In this document: positions 8,883 through 17,757 of the stretch, piece by piece
Layout: each line of letters begins with the position of its first letter
Position numbering within the stretch: the stretch's first letter is position 1
Source: a virus
Taxonomy: Duplodnaviria > Caudoviricetes
Length of the DNA: 55,703 nucleotides
IMG/VR virus record: IMGVR_UViG_3300012665_000794
Coordinates: 1-55,703 of that record
Strand: one strand, 5' to 3'
Program-made: the position numbers and the translations under genes
The notes under the pieces: model-generated
The model's input: only the letters and a program-made list of their open reading frames with translations
Database searches by the model: none
What the model was told of the DNA's origin: nothing

Positions 8883-9734
8883 ATGGCCGATAAAAATATT
8901 TTAGAACAGATGCTCGAGCATCTTGTTAACGATGAACAGCAAAAAGCTGAGGATCTATTCCACGAGTATGTAGTTGCTCGTTCACGTGAAATCTACGAAG
9001 GTTTAATTCAAGAAGAGTTTGACTTAGACGAAGAAAAAGACGAAGAAGAAGACGAAGAAAAAGTTGATGAAGCTTCTGATGAAGAAGAAGACAAAGACGA
9101 AGAAAAAGTCGACGAAGAATTTGAAGATATCGCTATCGAAGGTGATGACGACATGGGTGACATGGGCGGAGATCCAACCGACGACTTAGAAGGCGAATTA
9201 GAAATGGGTGACGATGAAGGCGAAGAAGGCGAAAAGTCTGAAGAAGAACTTTTCCAAGACCTAGACGCTATTGTTGACGAACTACAAGCTAAGTTCGACG
9301 AATTAAAAGGTCACGAAGACAGCGAAGGTGAAGAAGGTGAAGGTGAAGAAGGTGAAAACCCATTTGCCAAAGAAGACACTGACTTAGAAACAGTTCGCGA
9401 ATATGTAGAAAAAGTTCAAAAGCCATCAGCTGGAGACAACGGTGCTAACGCTAAGTCTATCGTAGCTGGTAAGAATGATATGGGCGGCACAACTGCTAAT
9501 ATTGCAACAGGTAAAGAAGAAGCACCTAAGTATGCAGGTGCAGGTGGCGGCCAATTAGGCGGATCAAGCCTATTCAAAGGCACACCAAAAGAAGATAATG
9601 CTGGTAATATCAACGTTCCAGGCGGCAAAGCAGGTAATGCTTTTAGCAAGAAAGAACCAGGACACGGTGCTGAGAAATCTGGTGCCAAAGAGTCCGCTGA
9701 TAACAAGCAAAGCCTTTTCCGTGGCCGTAGATAA
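8883..9734 (+). CDS. Highly acidic prohead core protein
   Basis: ATG at 8883 after AGGAG. Asp/Glu tracts and many hydrophobic-x-E sites. Lies between portal and protease. Confidence 0.7.
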   Translation: MADKNILEQMLEHLVNDEQQKAEDLFHEYVVARSREIYEGLIQEEFDLDEEKDEEEDEEKVDEASDEEEDKDEEKVDEEFEDIAIEGDDDMGDMGGDPTDDLEGELEMGDDEGEEGEKSEEELFQDLDAIVDELQAKFDELKGHEDSEGEEGEGEEGENPFAKEDTDLETVREYVEKVQKPSAGDNGANAKSIVAGKNDMGGTTANIATGKEEAPKYAGAGGGQLGGSSLFKGTPKEDNAGNINVPGGKAGNAFSKKEPGHGAEKSGAKESADNKQSLFRGRR

Positions 9735-9746
9735 TAGGACGAAACG

Positions 9747-10379
9747 GTGAAAAAACTTACTCTAGCAGAACACTTGAGTTATGACCAGGCTAAGATTGTC
9801 TTGGAGAGCGAAGAAGGCAGTGACGGTAAAAAGTCACTGCATTTAAACGGTATTTGCATTCAAGGAGACATCCGTAATGCAAATCAACGTGTTTATTCTT
9901 CTCAAGAGATTGGCAGGGCTGTCAAAACGCTCAACGAACAGATCTCTGGTGGATACTCCGTGCTAGGTGAAGTTGATCATCCTCAGGATTTAAAAATTAA
10001 TCTAGATCGTGTTAGTCATATGATTACCAAGATGTGGATGGATGGTCCTAACGGTTACGGAAAACTTAAAATTCTTCCAACTCCAATGGGTCAGTTAATT
10101 CAGACCATGTTGGAGTCGGGAGTTAAGTTGGGTGTAAGTAGTAGAGGTTCCGGTGAAGTTGATGGCAACGGTAATGTCAATGGTTTTGAAATTATCACAG
10201 TCGACGTAGTAGCTCAACCATCTGCCCCGGGAGCATACCCAACACCAGTTTATGAACACTTGATGAATAATACAGGTGGATATCAGGCATTTAAAATAGC
10301 AAAAGAAGTCCAAGGCGACCCAAAGGCACAGCAGTACATAGCAGAGAGTTTGGTGAAAATCATCAAACGTCTCAGATAA
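9747..10379 (+). CDS. gp21: Prohead core protease
   Basis: NANQRVY, catalytic His in GEVDHP, catalytic Ser in GVSSRGSG, and DVVAQPSAPGAY. Confidence 0.95.
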   Translation: MKKLTLAEHLSYDQAKIVLESEEGSDGKKSLHLNGICIQGDIRNANQRVYSSQEIGRAVKTLNEQISGGYSVLGEVDHPQDLKINLDRVSHMITKMWMDGPNGYGKLKILPTPMGQLIQTMLESGVKLGVSSRGSGEVDGNGNVNGFEIITVDVVAQPSAPGAYPTPVYEHLMNNTGGYQAFKIAKEVQGDPKAQQYIAESLVKIIKRLR

Positions 10380-10396
10380 CCAAGTAGGAGAATCAC

Positions 10397-11491
10397 ATGC
10401 TAGATATCGTAAAACAATTGTTTGAGAACAATGTGATTTCCGAAGAAATCAAATCGGAAATTGAATCCGCTTGGCAAAGCAGAATTCAAGAAAACCGTGA
10501 TCAAGTTACAGCACAACTCCGTGAGGAATTTGCTCAAAAATACGAGCATGACAAATCTGCAATGGTGGAAGCCGTTGAAGTAATGTTATCAGATCGCCTA
10601 CAAGCAGAATTAGGTGAATTGGCAGAAGATCGTCAAGGTCTTATTGAAGCTCGTGCCAAGTATGCTAAGAAGATGAAAGATGATTCCAAAGCTATGGAAT
10701 CATTTGTCTTAAGTAACCTTAAGAAAGAACTAGCCGAGCTACATGAAGATCGCAAGAAAGTTGCATCTAATGTAACTAAACTAGAATCATTCATTGTAGA
10801 TGCCCTAGCGAAAGAAATCGCAGAATTCCACAGTGATAAGAAAGACCTAGCTGAAACCAAAGTTAAATTGGTTCGCGAAAGCAAAGCTAAGTTTGAACAG
10901 GTTAAGAAAGATTTCATCGCTCGCTCAGCTCAGTTAGTTTCAGAATCAATCGCAAAAGGATTGAAAGCTGAAATGACTCAGTTACGTGAGGATATCGAAG
11001 CTGCTCGCAAAAATGACTTTGGTCGCAGAATTTTTGAAAGCTTCGCAAGCGAGTATGCAGCGTCTCATTTAAATGAGAAGTCTGAAACAGCTAAACTTCT
11101 AAAAGTTGTTGATCAAAAAACTCAAGAACTAGAAGAAGCAGCAAAGATTGTTGCAGAATCACAAAAATTAGTAGAAAGCAGAGAACAAGAATTACGTATT
11201 GCACGTGACCGAGCCACTCGTAAAGATTTAATGAGCGAGTTGTTAGGACCACTAGGTGGCGATAAACGTAATGTTATGAGCGATTTACTTGAATCAGTTC
11301 AAACTGAAAAATTAAGATCATCTTTCGAAAAGTATCTACCAGCTGTAATGGATGGCGGAATACCGGCAAAGAAAGCACTGACAGAAGGCAAAGAAATTAC
11401 AGGCGATAAGCAGGCACACCAAACAAGCGGTAAAGAAGAAAAAACCGCTGAAATTTTTGACATCCGCAGGCTTGCGGGACTTAAAGTTTAA
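10397..11491 (+). CDS. gp22: Prohead core scaffolding protein
   Basis: 364-aa coiled-coil protein between gp21 and gp23, with GRRIFESFASEY and an AGGAG SD. Confidence 0.85.
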   Translation: MLDIVKQLFENNVISEEIKSEIESAWQSRIQENRDQVTAQLREEFAQKYEHDKSAMVEAVEVMLSDRLQAELGELAEDRQGLIEARAKYAKKMKDDSKAMESFVLSNLKKELAELHEDRKKVASNVTKLESFIVDALAKEIAEFHSDKKDLAETKVKLVRESKAKFEQVKKDFIARSAQLVSESIAKGLKAEMTQLREDIEAARKNDFGRRIFESFASEYAASHLNEKSETAKLLKVVDQKTQELEEAAKIVAESQKLVESREQELRIARDRATRKDLMSELLGPLGGDKRNVMSDLLESVQTEKLRSSFEKYLPAVMDGGIPAKKALTEGKEITGDKQAHQTSGKEEKTAEIFDIRRLAGLKV

Positions 11492-11502
11492 GGAGAACTA
11501 TA

Positions 11503-12684
11503 ATGTCACAATTACTCGAGTCACGCTGGTCGGAAACTAAAGAGGCTCTCTTAGAAGGCCTACAAGGTAACAAGCGTTCAGTAATGGCAGCTACTCTAGA
11601 AAATACCCGCAAGTATTTGTCAGAGAGTGCTACTGCTGGTGCTACTTCCGCCGGTAACGTTGCAACACTAAATCGTGTGATCCTACCTGTGATCAGACGT
11701 GTAATGCCTACAGTCATTGCAAATGAATTAGTTGGCGTTCAGCCAATGACAGGCCCAGTTGGACAGATCCACACTCTACGTGTTCGTTATGCAGATAACT
11801 ACACAGGTAGCGCAGGTGGTTCAGCTACAGCTGGTGAAGAGGCACTAAGCCCATTCAAGATTGCAGAAGGATATTCTGGTAACACTAACGGTAAAGCTGA
11901 CGCTACAGCCGCTAAAGAAGGTGTTGCTGGTAATAAACTAAGCATTCAAATCTTGAAGCAAACAGTAGAAGCTAAGACCAGAAAGCTATCAGCTCGCTGG
12001 ACATTTGAAGCTGCTCAAGATGCACAAGCCCAACAAGGTATTGACATCGAAGCAGAAATCATGGCTGCTCTTGCTCAAGAAATTACAGCTGAAATCGATC
12101 AAGAAGTTCTATCTTCTTTATTGACATTAGCTGGTTCACAAAACAATATTGCTTATGACCAGGCAGCAGTTTCTGGCACAGCAACATTCGTTGGTGACGA
12201 ACACGCTGCTCTAGCTGTTGCTATCAATCGCGTAGCAAACAGAATCGCTCAGCGCACACGTCGCGGCGCAGGTAACTGGGCTGTGGTATCCCCACAAGCT
12301 CTAACTATCCTTCAAAGTGCTACAACTTCTGCGTTCGCAAGAACAACAGAAGGCACATTCGAAGCTCCAACAAACACCAAGTTCGTTGGAACATTGAACG
12401 GCGCAATGAAGATCTATGTTAACACATTTGCTACAGAAACTTCTGGCAGCGACAAAGTGTTAATTGGTTACAAAGGTTCTAGCGAATCTGATGCAGCAGC
12501 ATTCTATTGCCCATACATTCCATTGATGAGCAGTGGTGTTGTTCTAGATCCTAGCACATTTGAGCCAGTAGTTAGCTTCATGACACGTTATGGATATGTT
12601 GAGTTGACAAACACAGCATCATCTCTAGGTAACGCAGCTGACTATCTAGGAACAGTTACAATCAGTAACGCAACATTCATCTAA
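11503..12684 (+). CDS. gp23: Major capsid protein
   Basis: LPVIRRVMP..IANELVGVQPMTGP, VEAKTRKLSARWTFEAAQD, AAFYCPYIPL and FMTRYG. Strong AAGGAG SD. Confidence 0.97.
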   Translation: MSQLLESRWSETKEALLEGLQGNKRSVMAATLENTRKYLSESATAGATSAGNVATLNRVILPVIRRVMPTVIANELVGVQPMTGPVGQIHTLRVRYADNYTGSAGGSATAGEEALSPFKIAEGYSGNTNGKADATAAKEGVAGNKLSIQILKQTVEAKTRKLSARWTFEAAQDAQAQQGIDIEAEIMAALAQEITAEIDQEVLSSLLTLAGSQNNIAYDQAAVSGTATFVGDEHAALAVAINRVANRIAQRTRRGAGNWAVVSPQALTILQSATTSAFARTTEGTFEAPTNTKFVGTLNGAMKIYVNTFATETSGSDKVLIGYKGSSESDAAAFYCPYIPLMSSGVVLDPSTFEPVVSFMTRYGYVELTNTASSLGNAADYLGTVTISNATFI

Positions 12685-12703
12685 TCTTAGGATAAGTGAA
12701 CTC

Positions 12704-12727
12704 AAAAAGGACCTTCGGGTCCTTTTT
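12704..12727 (+). terminator. Rho-independent terminator with C(UUCG)G loop
   Basis: AAAAAGGACC-TTCG-GGTCCTTTTT directly after gp23. Confidence 0.9.
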
Positions 12728-12733
12728 GTTTGA

Positions 12734-12741
12734 CTTAAATA
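12734..12741 (+). promoter_or_regulatory. Late promoter-like motif CTTAAATA
   Basis: Follows the terminator, 5 nt before the ATG at 12747. Confidence 0.5.
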
Positions 12742-12746
12742 TCTCT

Positions 12747-13016
12747 ATGCATGTAGAAAGCGATAGAGATTTTCCTAACCTAAGACGGCACATATCTGCT
12801 TGGAGAAAACGCTTTCCTATGTTTACGCATGACGTTAACCAAGTAGAACACATAGTAGAACGTCATATTCAAAATTTTGCTATTGCGGGTGTGCAATATC
12901 GACAGACTAAAAGCAAGAGATATTTAGAAATAGCACAGCATGAATTAGACGAAATAAACAGAGTTATTTCCACAGTAGAAAAACTAGAGCTTATGGCTAT
13001 GCTGAGCCAAAGATAA
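12747..13016 (+). CDS. Hypothetical helical protein
   Basis: 89 aa from the ATG at 12747. The track start at 12696 would run through the terminator. Confidence 0.6.
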   Translation: MHVESDRDFPNLRRHISAWRKRFPMFTHDVNQVEHIVERHIQNFAIAGVQYRQTKSKRYLEIAQHELDEINRVISTVEKLELMAMLSQR

Positions 13017-13019
13017 ATA
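13012..13019 (+). promoter_or_regulatory. Late promoter-like motif GATAAATA
   Basis: Upstream of the accessory structural gene run. Confidence 0.55.
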
Positions 13020-13086
13020 AAGTATCTAGCATAATGCGCAGTAGCCACTGAGCGAGACCTAGAACGTCACTCAAAGGAGAAAACAA

Positions 13087-13467
13087 ATGGCAAATAAACT
13101 AAGCAAAAAATATTTTGGAGCAACCGGCACAGCAGCAACACCTCATCTACCAATTCGATTCAAATCTGGCGGAACAGTATATGAAGGTTTTATTGTAAAT
13201 CAAGTTAGTGCTCGCAGATTCAAATGCAGCACAGACGACGGAACTACTGCTGTTGCAATTTGCAAACTAGTAGCAGGAACAAATTCTGATCCAGTAAATA
13301 ACAACGAAGCAACGTTAATTGGATTATTGAACGGTGCACCTATTTCTTTAAGAAAAATTAACTTTAGAACTACTTCTGATTTTAATGGCGCAAGATATAA
13401 GTGGACATTAAGCGATGACTCGACAGAAACTTTAATTATCTTAACACAAGTTTCAGTATCAGTATAA
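13087..13467 (+). CDS. Hypothetical protein, putative virion/head accessory
   Basis: 126 aa, strong AAGGAG SD, beta-rich composition. Confidence 0.6.
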   Translation: MANKLSKKYFGATGTAATPHLPIRFKSGGTVYEGFIVNQVSARRFKCSTDDGTTAVAICKLVAGTNSDPVNNNEATLIGLLNGAPISLRKINFRTTSDFNGARYKWTLSDDSTETLIILTQVSVSV

Positions 13468-13475
13468 TATAAAAT

Positions 13476-14462
13476 ATGGGACAGTTTATTCAAACTAACG
13501 GCGACTACACTATTAAAAGTGGTGAAGGTTCGCAGATAAAATTAGATACTGGATCTGGCGTAGGTCAGGTCTATATCACCGGCGACCTTGTAGTTGTTGG
13601 CCAACAATTGACTGTTCAAGCTACTGACTTAAACGTTGAGGATAATATTATTATTCTTAACTATGGTGAAACAGGATCCGGAGTAACTCTACGTTATTCC
13701 GGTATCCAAATTGATAGAGGAAGTTCATCACCGGCATCTATTGTCTATGATGAAACTACAGATACATGGTTAGTAGGACAAGGTGTTGCAACCAGCGGCA
13801 TTCTAAACTATTCAAATAGTAAAATTAAATTAAAAGAAATATTAACTGATTCGTCGACAGACGGCGGCGATTTGTTATTATTAGGTTCTGACAGTGCAAG
13901 TGGTTCGGTTAAAGTTAGATCTGAAGGCGGTGATGGCACAGAATATCAAGCCAACGTTACAGATCCTAACCATATACCAAATAAAAAATATGTAGACGAA
14001 GCGATTCGTAACAATCCAACATTCCAAATTATTGATAACAATACTCGTGTTATTGTTTCGGATAAAGATGTTAGTGGATCTCTAGCATACCTTTCTGCAC
14101 AAACAGGTTACAGCACATTCGGCGAAAGTGGAATTTCAGTTATTGTTGACGGAACACTAACTACGCAATTCTATAAAAATCGTGCATACATACAAAATTT
14201 AGAATTTAACAATAACGAAATAACCAATAATGATACCAACGGTAATATCAGTATAAGAACACAAGGAACTGGTAAACTACAAACAAATTATGCCATGCAG
14301 CTTGACAACATTGGAACAGTTCCAGCATATGTTTCAGACTCCACATTAGTTTACGGTGCTCAACCTAGTGTAGGATCTACTGGATTATATTTTGTTAATT
14401 CGACTCGCAACGGAGAGCTAATTAATAAAAACAGAGCATTATTGTTTAGTATGATATTTTAA
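13476..14462 (+). CDS. Putative virion structural protein (fibre-like)
   Basis: 328 aa, G/T/S/N-rich, with VEDNIIILNYGE.GSG..SGIQIDRG and IPNKKYVD fibre-type motifs. Confidence 0.6.
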   Translation: MGQFIQTNGDYTIKSGEGSQIKLDTGSGVGQVYITGDLVVVGQQLTVQATDLNVEDNIIILNYGETGSGVTLRYSGIQIDRGSSSPASIVYDETTDTWLVGQGVATSGILNYSNSKIKLKEILTDSSTDGGDLLLLGSDSASGSVKVRSEGGDGTEYQANVTDPNHIPNKKYVDEAIRNNPTFQIIDNNTRVIVSDKDVSGSLAYLSAQTGYSTFGESGISVIVDGTLTTQFYKNRAYIQNLEFNNNEITNNDTNGNISIRTQGTGKLQTNYAMQLDNIGTVPAYVSDSTLVYGAQPSVGSTGLYFVNSTRNGELINKNRALLFSMIF

Positions 14463-14471
14463 GAGACAAAC

Positions 14472-14849
14472 ATGATAAACAGCACATTAGTTACATCAAC
14501 ATCAGTTACAGTTCCAGTGAAAGTGTTCACTAGCTCATCAACAGGAGCTGCTATTGGCGGCGCTGTTACAGCTCAAGACAGAGCAATTACCACAATGATT
14601 CTGTGTAACACAGGAGCTCCTAATCTTACAGATGAAACAATTAACACAGTCAGCGTTAGTGTTTATCTAGTTAAGTCTGGATCTAGCTACGGAACTAACA
14701 ATACAATTGTCAGTAACTTAATAGTCCCAGCAGGTGAAACAGTTTTCTTTTCCGATGAAAAAATTATTTTAGACGGTGGAGACGAAGTTTGGGTTGGAAC
14801 ATCTGTAGGAAGTTTATTGTCAGCAACTATTAGCACATTGCCAGTATAA
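14472..14849 (+). CDS. Small beta-sandwich virion protein (paralogue of 18815 and 32946)
   Basis: Pattern ILCN...VSV...IVPAGET....KIILDGGD. Confidence 0.6.
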   Translation: MINSTLVTSTSVTVPVKVFTSSSTGAAIGGAVTAQDRAITTMILCNTGAPNLTDETINTVSVSVYLVKSGSSYGTNNTIVSNLIVPAGETVFFSDEKIILDGGDEVWVGTSVGSLLSATISTLPV

Positions 14850-14850
14850 T

Positions 14851-15351
14851 ATGAAATTTTTAAAACAAAAAACTATTTCTCGTTATAGCCCCAGCGATAA
14901 CACATTGTTTACTAATCACTACGGCCGCGCTATAATGGACTTAACAGGGGCTTTAAGATTACCTAAAGGCACCACCGCAGAGCGTCCTGATTTGTCAGGA
15001 GTAAGAACTCCAAATGGTCCAGACGGATATATTAGATATAACACCGAAACCAATACCATTGAAGGTTATGTTGCTGGCGTTTGGGAAATTGTTACTGCGC
15101 CAGGATCAACTGGTATTACTAAACAAACACTAGGCCCAGGTAATGAAACTGATACAATTTTTGGTCCGTTGACATTGATACCTGCTTCCGAAAACAGTAT
15201 TTTAGTATTTGTAGAAAACGTATTTCAAATTTCAGACACAAACTTTAATTTACTCTACAATTATCTAGGATCTGGTAATACATATATTCAATTTACCAGT
15301 GCTATTCCGTTAGACAAATACATCACTATCTATTACGGCTACACAACATAA
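14851..15351 (+). CDS. Putative virion structural protein
   Basis: LPKGTTAERP...GYIRYNTET..IEGY...W module plus an ILVFVENVFQ motif seen in T4-like structural proteins. Confidence 0.6.
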   Translation: MKFLKQKTISRYSPSDNTLFTNHYGRAIMDLTGALRLPKGTTAERPDLSGVRTPNGPDGYIRYNTETNTIEGYVAGVWEIVTAPGSTGITKQTLGPGNETDTIFGPLTLIPASENSILVFVENVFQISDTNFNLLYNYLGSGNTYIQFTSAIPLDKYITIYYGYTT

Positions 15352-15361
15352 TCCAACTTTG

Positions 15362-15369
15362 GGTAAATA
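15362..15369 (+). promoter_or_regulatory. Late promoter-like motif GGTAAATA
   Basis: TAAATA core in the intergenic gap. Confidence 0.45.
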
Positions 15370-15393
15370 TACGTATCACATTGGAGATACGTA

Positions 15394-16134
15394 ATGGCTT
15401 TGGTTTTTGCCGATAGAGTTAAAGTAAGAGCTCACACCACGGGTTTAGGCAGTTTTACACTGGCCGATACTATCCCGGGATTTCAAAGTTTCAGTGCCGT
15501 AGGCAACGGTAACGAAACTTATTATGGTATCGTTGATCAAATAGGCAACTGGGAGATCGGACGCGGCACCTTTATATCCCCCTCAACACTAACTAGAGAT
15601 ACAATTATCAGCAGCTCTAATAATGGAGCAAAAATAAACTTTCCAGCAGGTGGAAAAAACGTATACTCAACATTTCCTGCAAGCATCGCACAAACTATTG
15701 TAACTGAATCAGTAGGTAGCTTTAGTTTTGTAGGCAGCACAATTTCAACCACAGACAGCACATCTATATCTGTTGGACAACCTACACGATTTTTTGGCAA
15801 TGTTCAGATCGACGGAGATTTGACATTAGCTGGTGACGAATTAGTATTTTCTAATAATGTTAAATTTCAAAATCGCATAGAAGCAGACACACAAGGTTCT
15901 GTATTTGCAGATGACTCTTCAAAGATCATTGACGGAACAAACGGTCAAATTGCAGCAACAGGAATAACTGCAACAAGTTTTATAAAATTTCCTATATATG
16001 CAGATGCTGCTGCTAGAAATTCAGCATTGCCTGCTGGAACAGTAGAAGAAGGCATGGTTGTTTATGTTTCTGACGTAAACAAATTACAAATTAATACAGA
16101 TTCTACCATAACTGGTTGGGCAAATCTTAACTAA
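15394..16134 (+). CDS. Putative tail fibre-associated protein
   Basis: N-terminal MALVFADRVK...TTG.G..TL...GFQSF...WEIGRG...LTRDTI.SS module typical of fibre N-termini. GGAG SD. Confidence 0.6.
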   Translation: MALVFADRVKVRAHTTGLGSFTLADTIPGFQSFSAVGNGNETYYGIVDQIGNWEIGRGTFISPSTLTRDTIISSSNNGAKINFPAGGKNVYSTFPASIAQTIVTESVGSFSFVGSTISTTDSTSISVGQPTRFFGNVQIDGDLTLAGDELVFSNNVKFQNRIEADTQGSVFADDSSKIIDGTNGQIAATGITATSFIKFPIYADAAARNSALPAGTVEEGMVVYVSDVNKLQINTDSTITGWANLN

Positions 16135-16143
16135 GGAATTATC

Positions 16144-17610
16144 ATGGCAGGACCTTTTAGCACTGAAGTATTTGGAGAAGATCCCAGTAATACCAATGAA
16201 GATAATTTTACCGCTGCATTAGGTAGAATTAGCGGTAAGCTTCTCAAAGATAACTTAACTAGAAATGGTTCAGACCTTACATTTAGAAATAGATTAGGCG
16301 ATCCTGATCTATTATATCTAGATGTCAACGACATGCGAATTGGTATTAATACCGATAATCCTGCCTACGACCTCGATGTTAATTCAAATATTTTTACCAC
16401 TAACGGGTCAGTTACAAGCCAAGCAAATTTAGATAATGTAATCATTAATGCAGCTGGATATTTTTCTACATCAGTGGGATCATTGCACATACAGCCAACT
16501 GGCGCTGGCACAATGATAGAACATCAAAGGATGACTACTGCTAATTTAGAATTCAATGATAATTTTATTGGTAGCTTGTCAAACAGCAACATTGCATTAG
16601 ATCCTAACGGCTCTGGCACAATTGAATTCCAAGCTACCACAGAGATATCTTTAAATTTATTAGTCACAGGAAATATTCAAACTGCTGGGAATTTAAGCAC
16701 AGCTAGCCAATTAATCATCGGTGACAGTCCTTTAGATGTAGTAACTATTGCTCCGGATTTTTCTCAAAGTATAATCCCAGGAACAACTTCATCTTATGAT
16801 CTAGGAACTTCATTAAAGAAATGGAGTAGAGTGTATTCTCCAGACTTGACTAATATCACTAGAATACGTCCAAACGCAGCAAACTACAGTGACCAAGTTA
16901 GGATTGACGGTGTTAATAAAACTATTTTTGCCATGCAGAGCAATGATGACGTTGTTTTAGCTCCGTCAACAGGCATAACATATATTGAAGAATTAAGATT
17001 TGAAGGTAACAACATTACAAACAGCAAATCTGTTAGAGCATTAAATTCTTCTGCTATTGCTGCCGGCTTATTAGCAGGCGATGCATTTTGGAATACTACT
17101 GTTTCTGGATCAGAATATTTCCTCGGCGGCGGAACTACTTTGATCACTACTAGAACTACTAAACTAGGTGATATTAGAAACGATCTAGATAACCCTGGAG
17201 TTATTAATGCAGACGATGCTAACCTAGCTACAATAATTGGTAACAAAACAGGCGGAACATTAAACGAACAATTATGGTATCATCAAATTATGAAACCAGC
17301 AATCTATGCCTCTCCGTCGGCCACTGCCGCATATTCTAACGGAGTGTCAGCAACTAATACTCCTATGACTTTTGCTTCGTCTGGCACTGGCTATTTAAAG
17401 TTTACTGGAACAAACGCACTGCTTATACCGGCAGGAACTTCAGCTGAAAGAACCTATGCAGAAATAGGAGACACACGTTGGAATACAGAACTTAATTATT
17501 TAGAATGTTATGACGGAGAAAGATATATTATTTCAACCGGTGCGGGCGAAGTGGTCAGCACTGATCTAATGACAGACTTAGCTATAACAAGAGCTCTAAT
17601 ACTCACTTAA
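16144..17610 (+). CDS. Virion structural protein, paralogue of 17758-18810, with an internal insertion
   Basis: LGRISGKLLKDNL.R.G.DL, beta-strand repeats, and C-terminal GTSAER...RWNT..YLECYDG. Confidence 0.65.
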   Translation: MAGPFSTEVFGEDPSNTNEDNFTAALGRISGKLLKDNLTRNGSDLTFRNRLGDPDLLYLDVNDMRIGINTDNPAYDLDVNSNIFTTNGSVTSQANLDNVIINAAGYFSTSVGSLHIQPTGAGTMIEHQRMTTANLEFNDNFIGSLSNSNIALDPNGSGTIEFQATTEISLNLLVTGNIQTAGNLSTASQLIIGDSPLDVVTIAPDFSQSIIPGTTSSYDLGTSLKKWSRVYSPDLTNITRIRPNAANYSDQVRIDGVNKTIFAMQSNDDVVLAPSTGITYIEELRFEGNNITNSKSVRALNSSAIAAGLLAGDAFWNTTVSGSEYFLGGGTTLITTRTTKLGDIRNDLDNPGVINADDANLATIIGNKTGGTLNEQLWYHQIMKPAIYASPSATAAYSNGVSATNTPMTFASSGTGYLKFTGTNALLIPAGTSAERTYAEIGDTRWNTELNYLECYDGERYIISTGAGEVVSTDLMTDLAITRALILT

Positions 17611-17621
17611 TTTTCATTCTG

Positions 17622-17629
17622 GCTAAATA
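17622..17629 (+). promoter_or_regulatory. Late promoter-like motif GCTAAATA
   Basis: Precedes a 128-nt leader. Confidence 0.5.
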
Positions 17630-17757
17630 CACTTAATGTAGAAGCCGGCCAAGTTTTTACAAATTAAACTGTGGTAAACCAGCAAAGAACCGTTGAAGCG
17701 GTTGCGGAGAAATCCAAAATTGGTTAACCGTGAAACACGGGGTTATTAGGAGAGCAC
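17630..17757 (+). ncRNA. Candidate structured cis-regulatory RNA leader
   Basis: Hairpins at 17638-17660, 17688-17703, 17706-17715 (GAAA loop) and 17728-17740. 17673-17681 can pair with 17721-17729. SD at 17748-17752. Confidence 0.5.

Noticed and set aside
6248-12684. Introns, inteins or stop-codon recoding in core genes
   Set aside because: Portal, protease and capsid genes read through intact in the standard code, and TAA, TAG and TGA-ended ORFs abut their neighbours normally.
17630-17757. Specific assignment as a c-di-GMP-I riboswitch or tRNA
   Set aside because: GGTAAAC and GAAA loops are only superficially similar. The full consensus, and a tRNA T-loop and acceptor stem, are not evident. 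Kept as an unassigned structured RNA.
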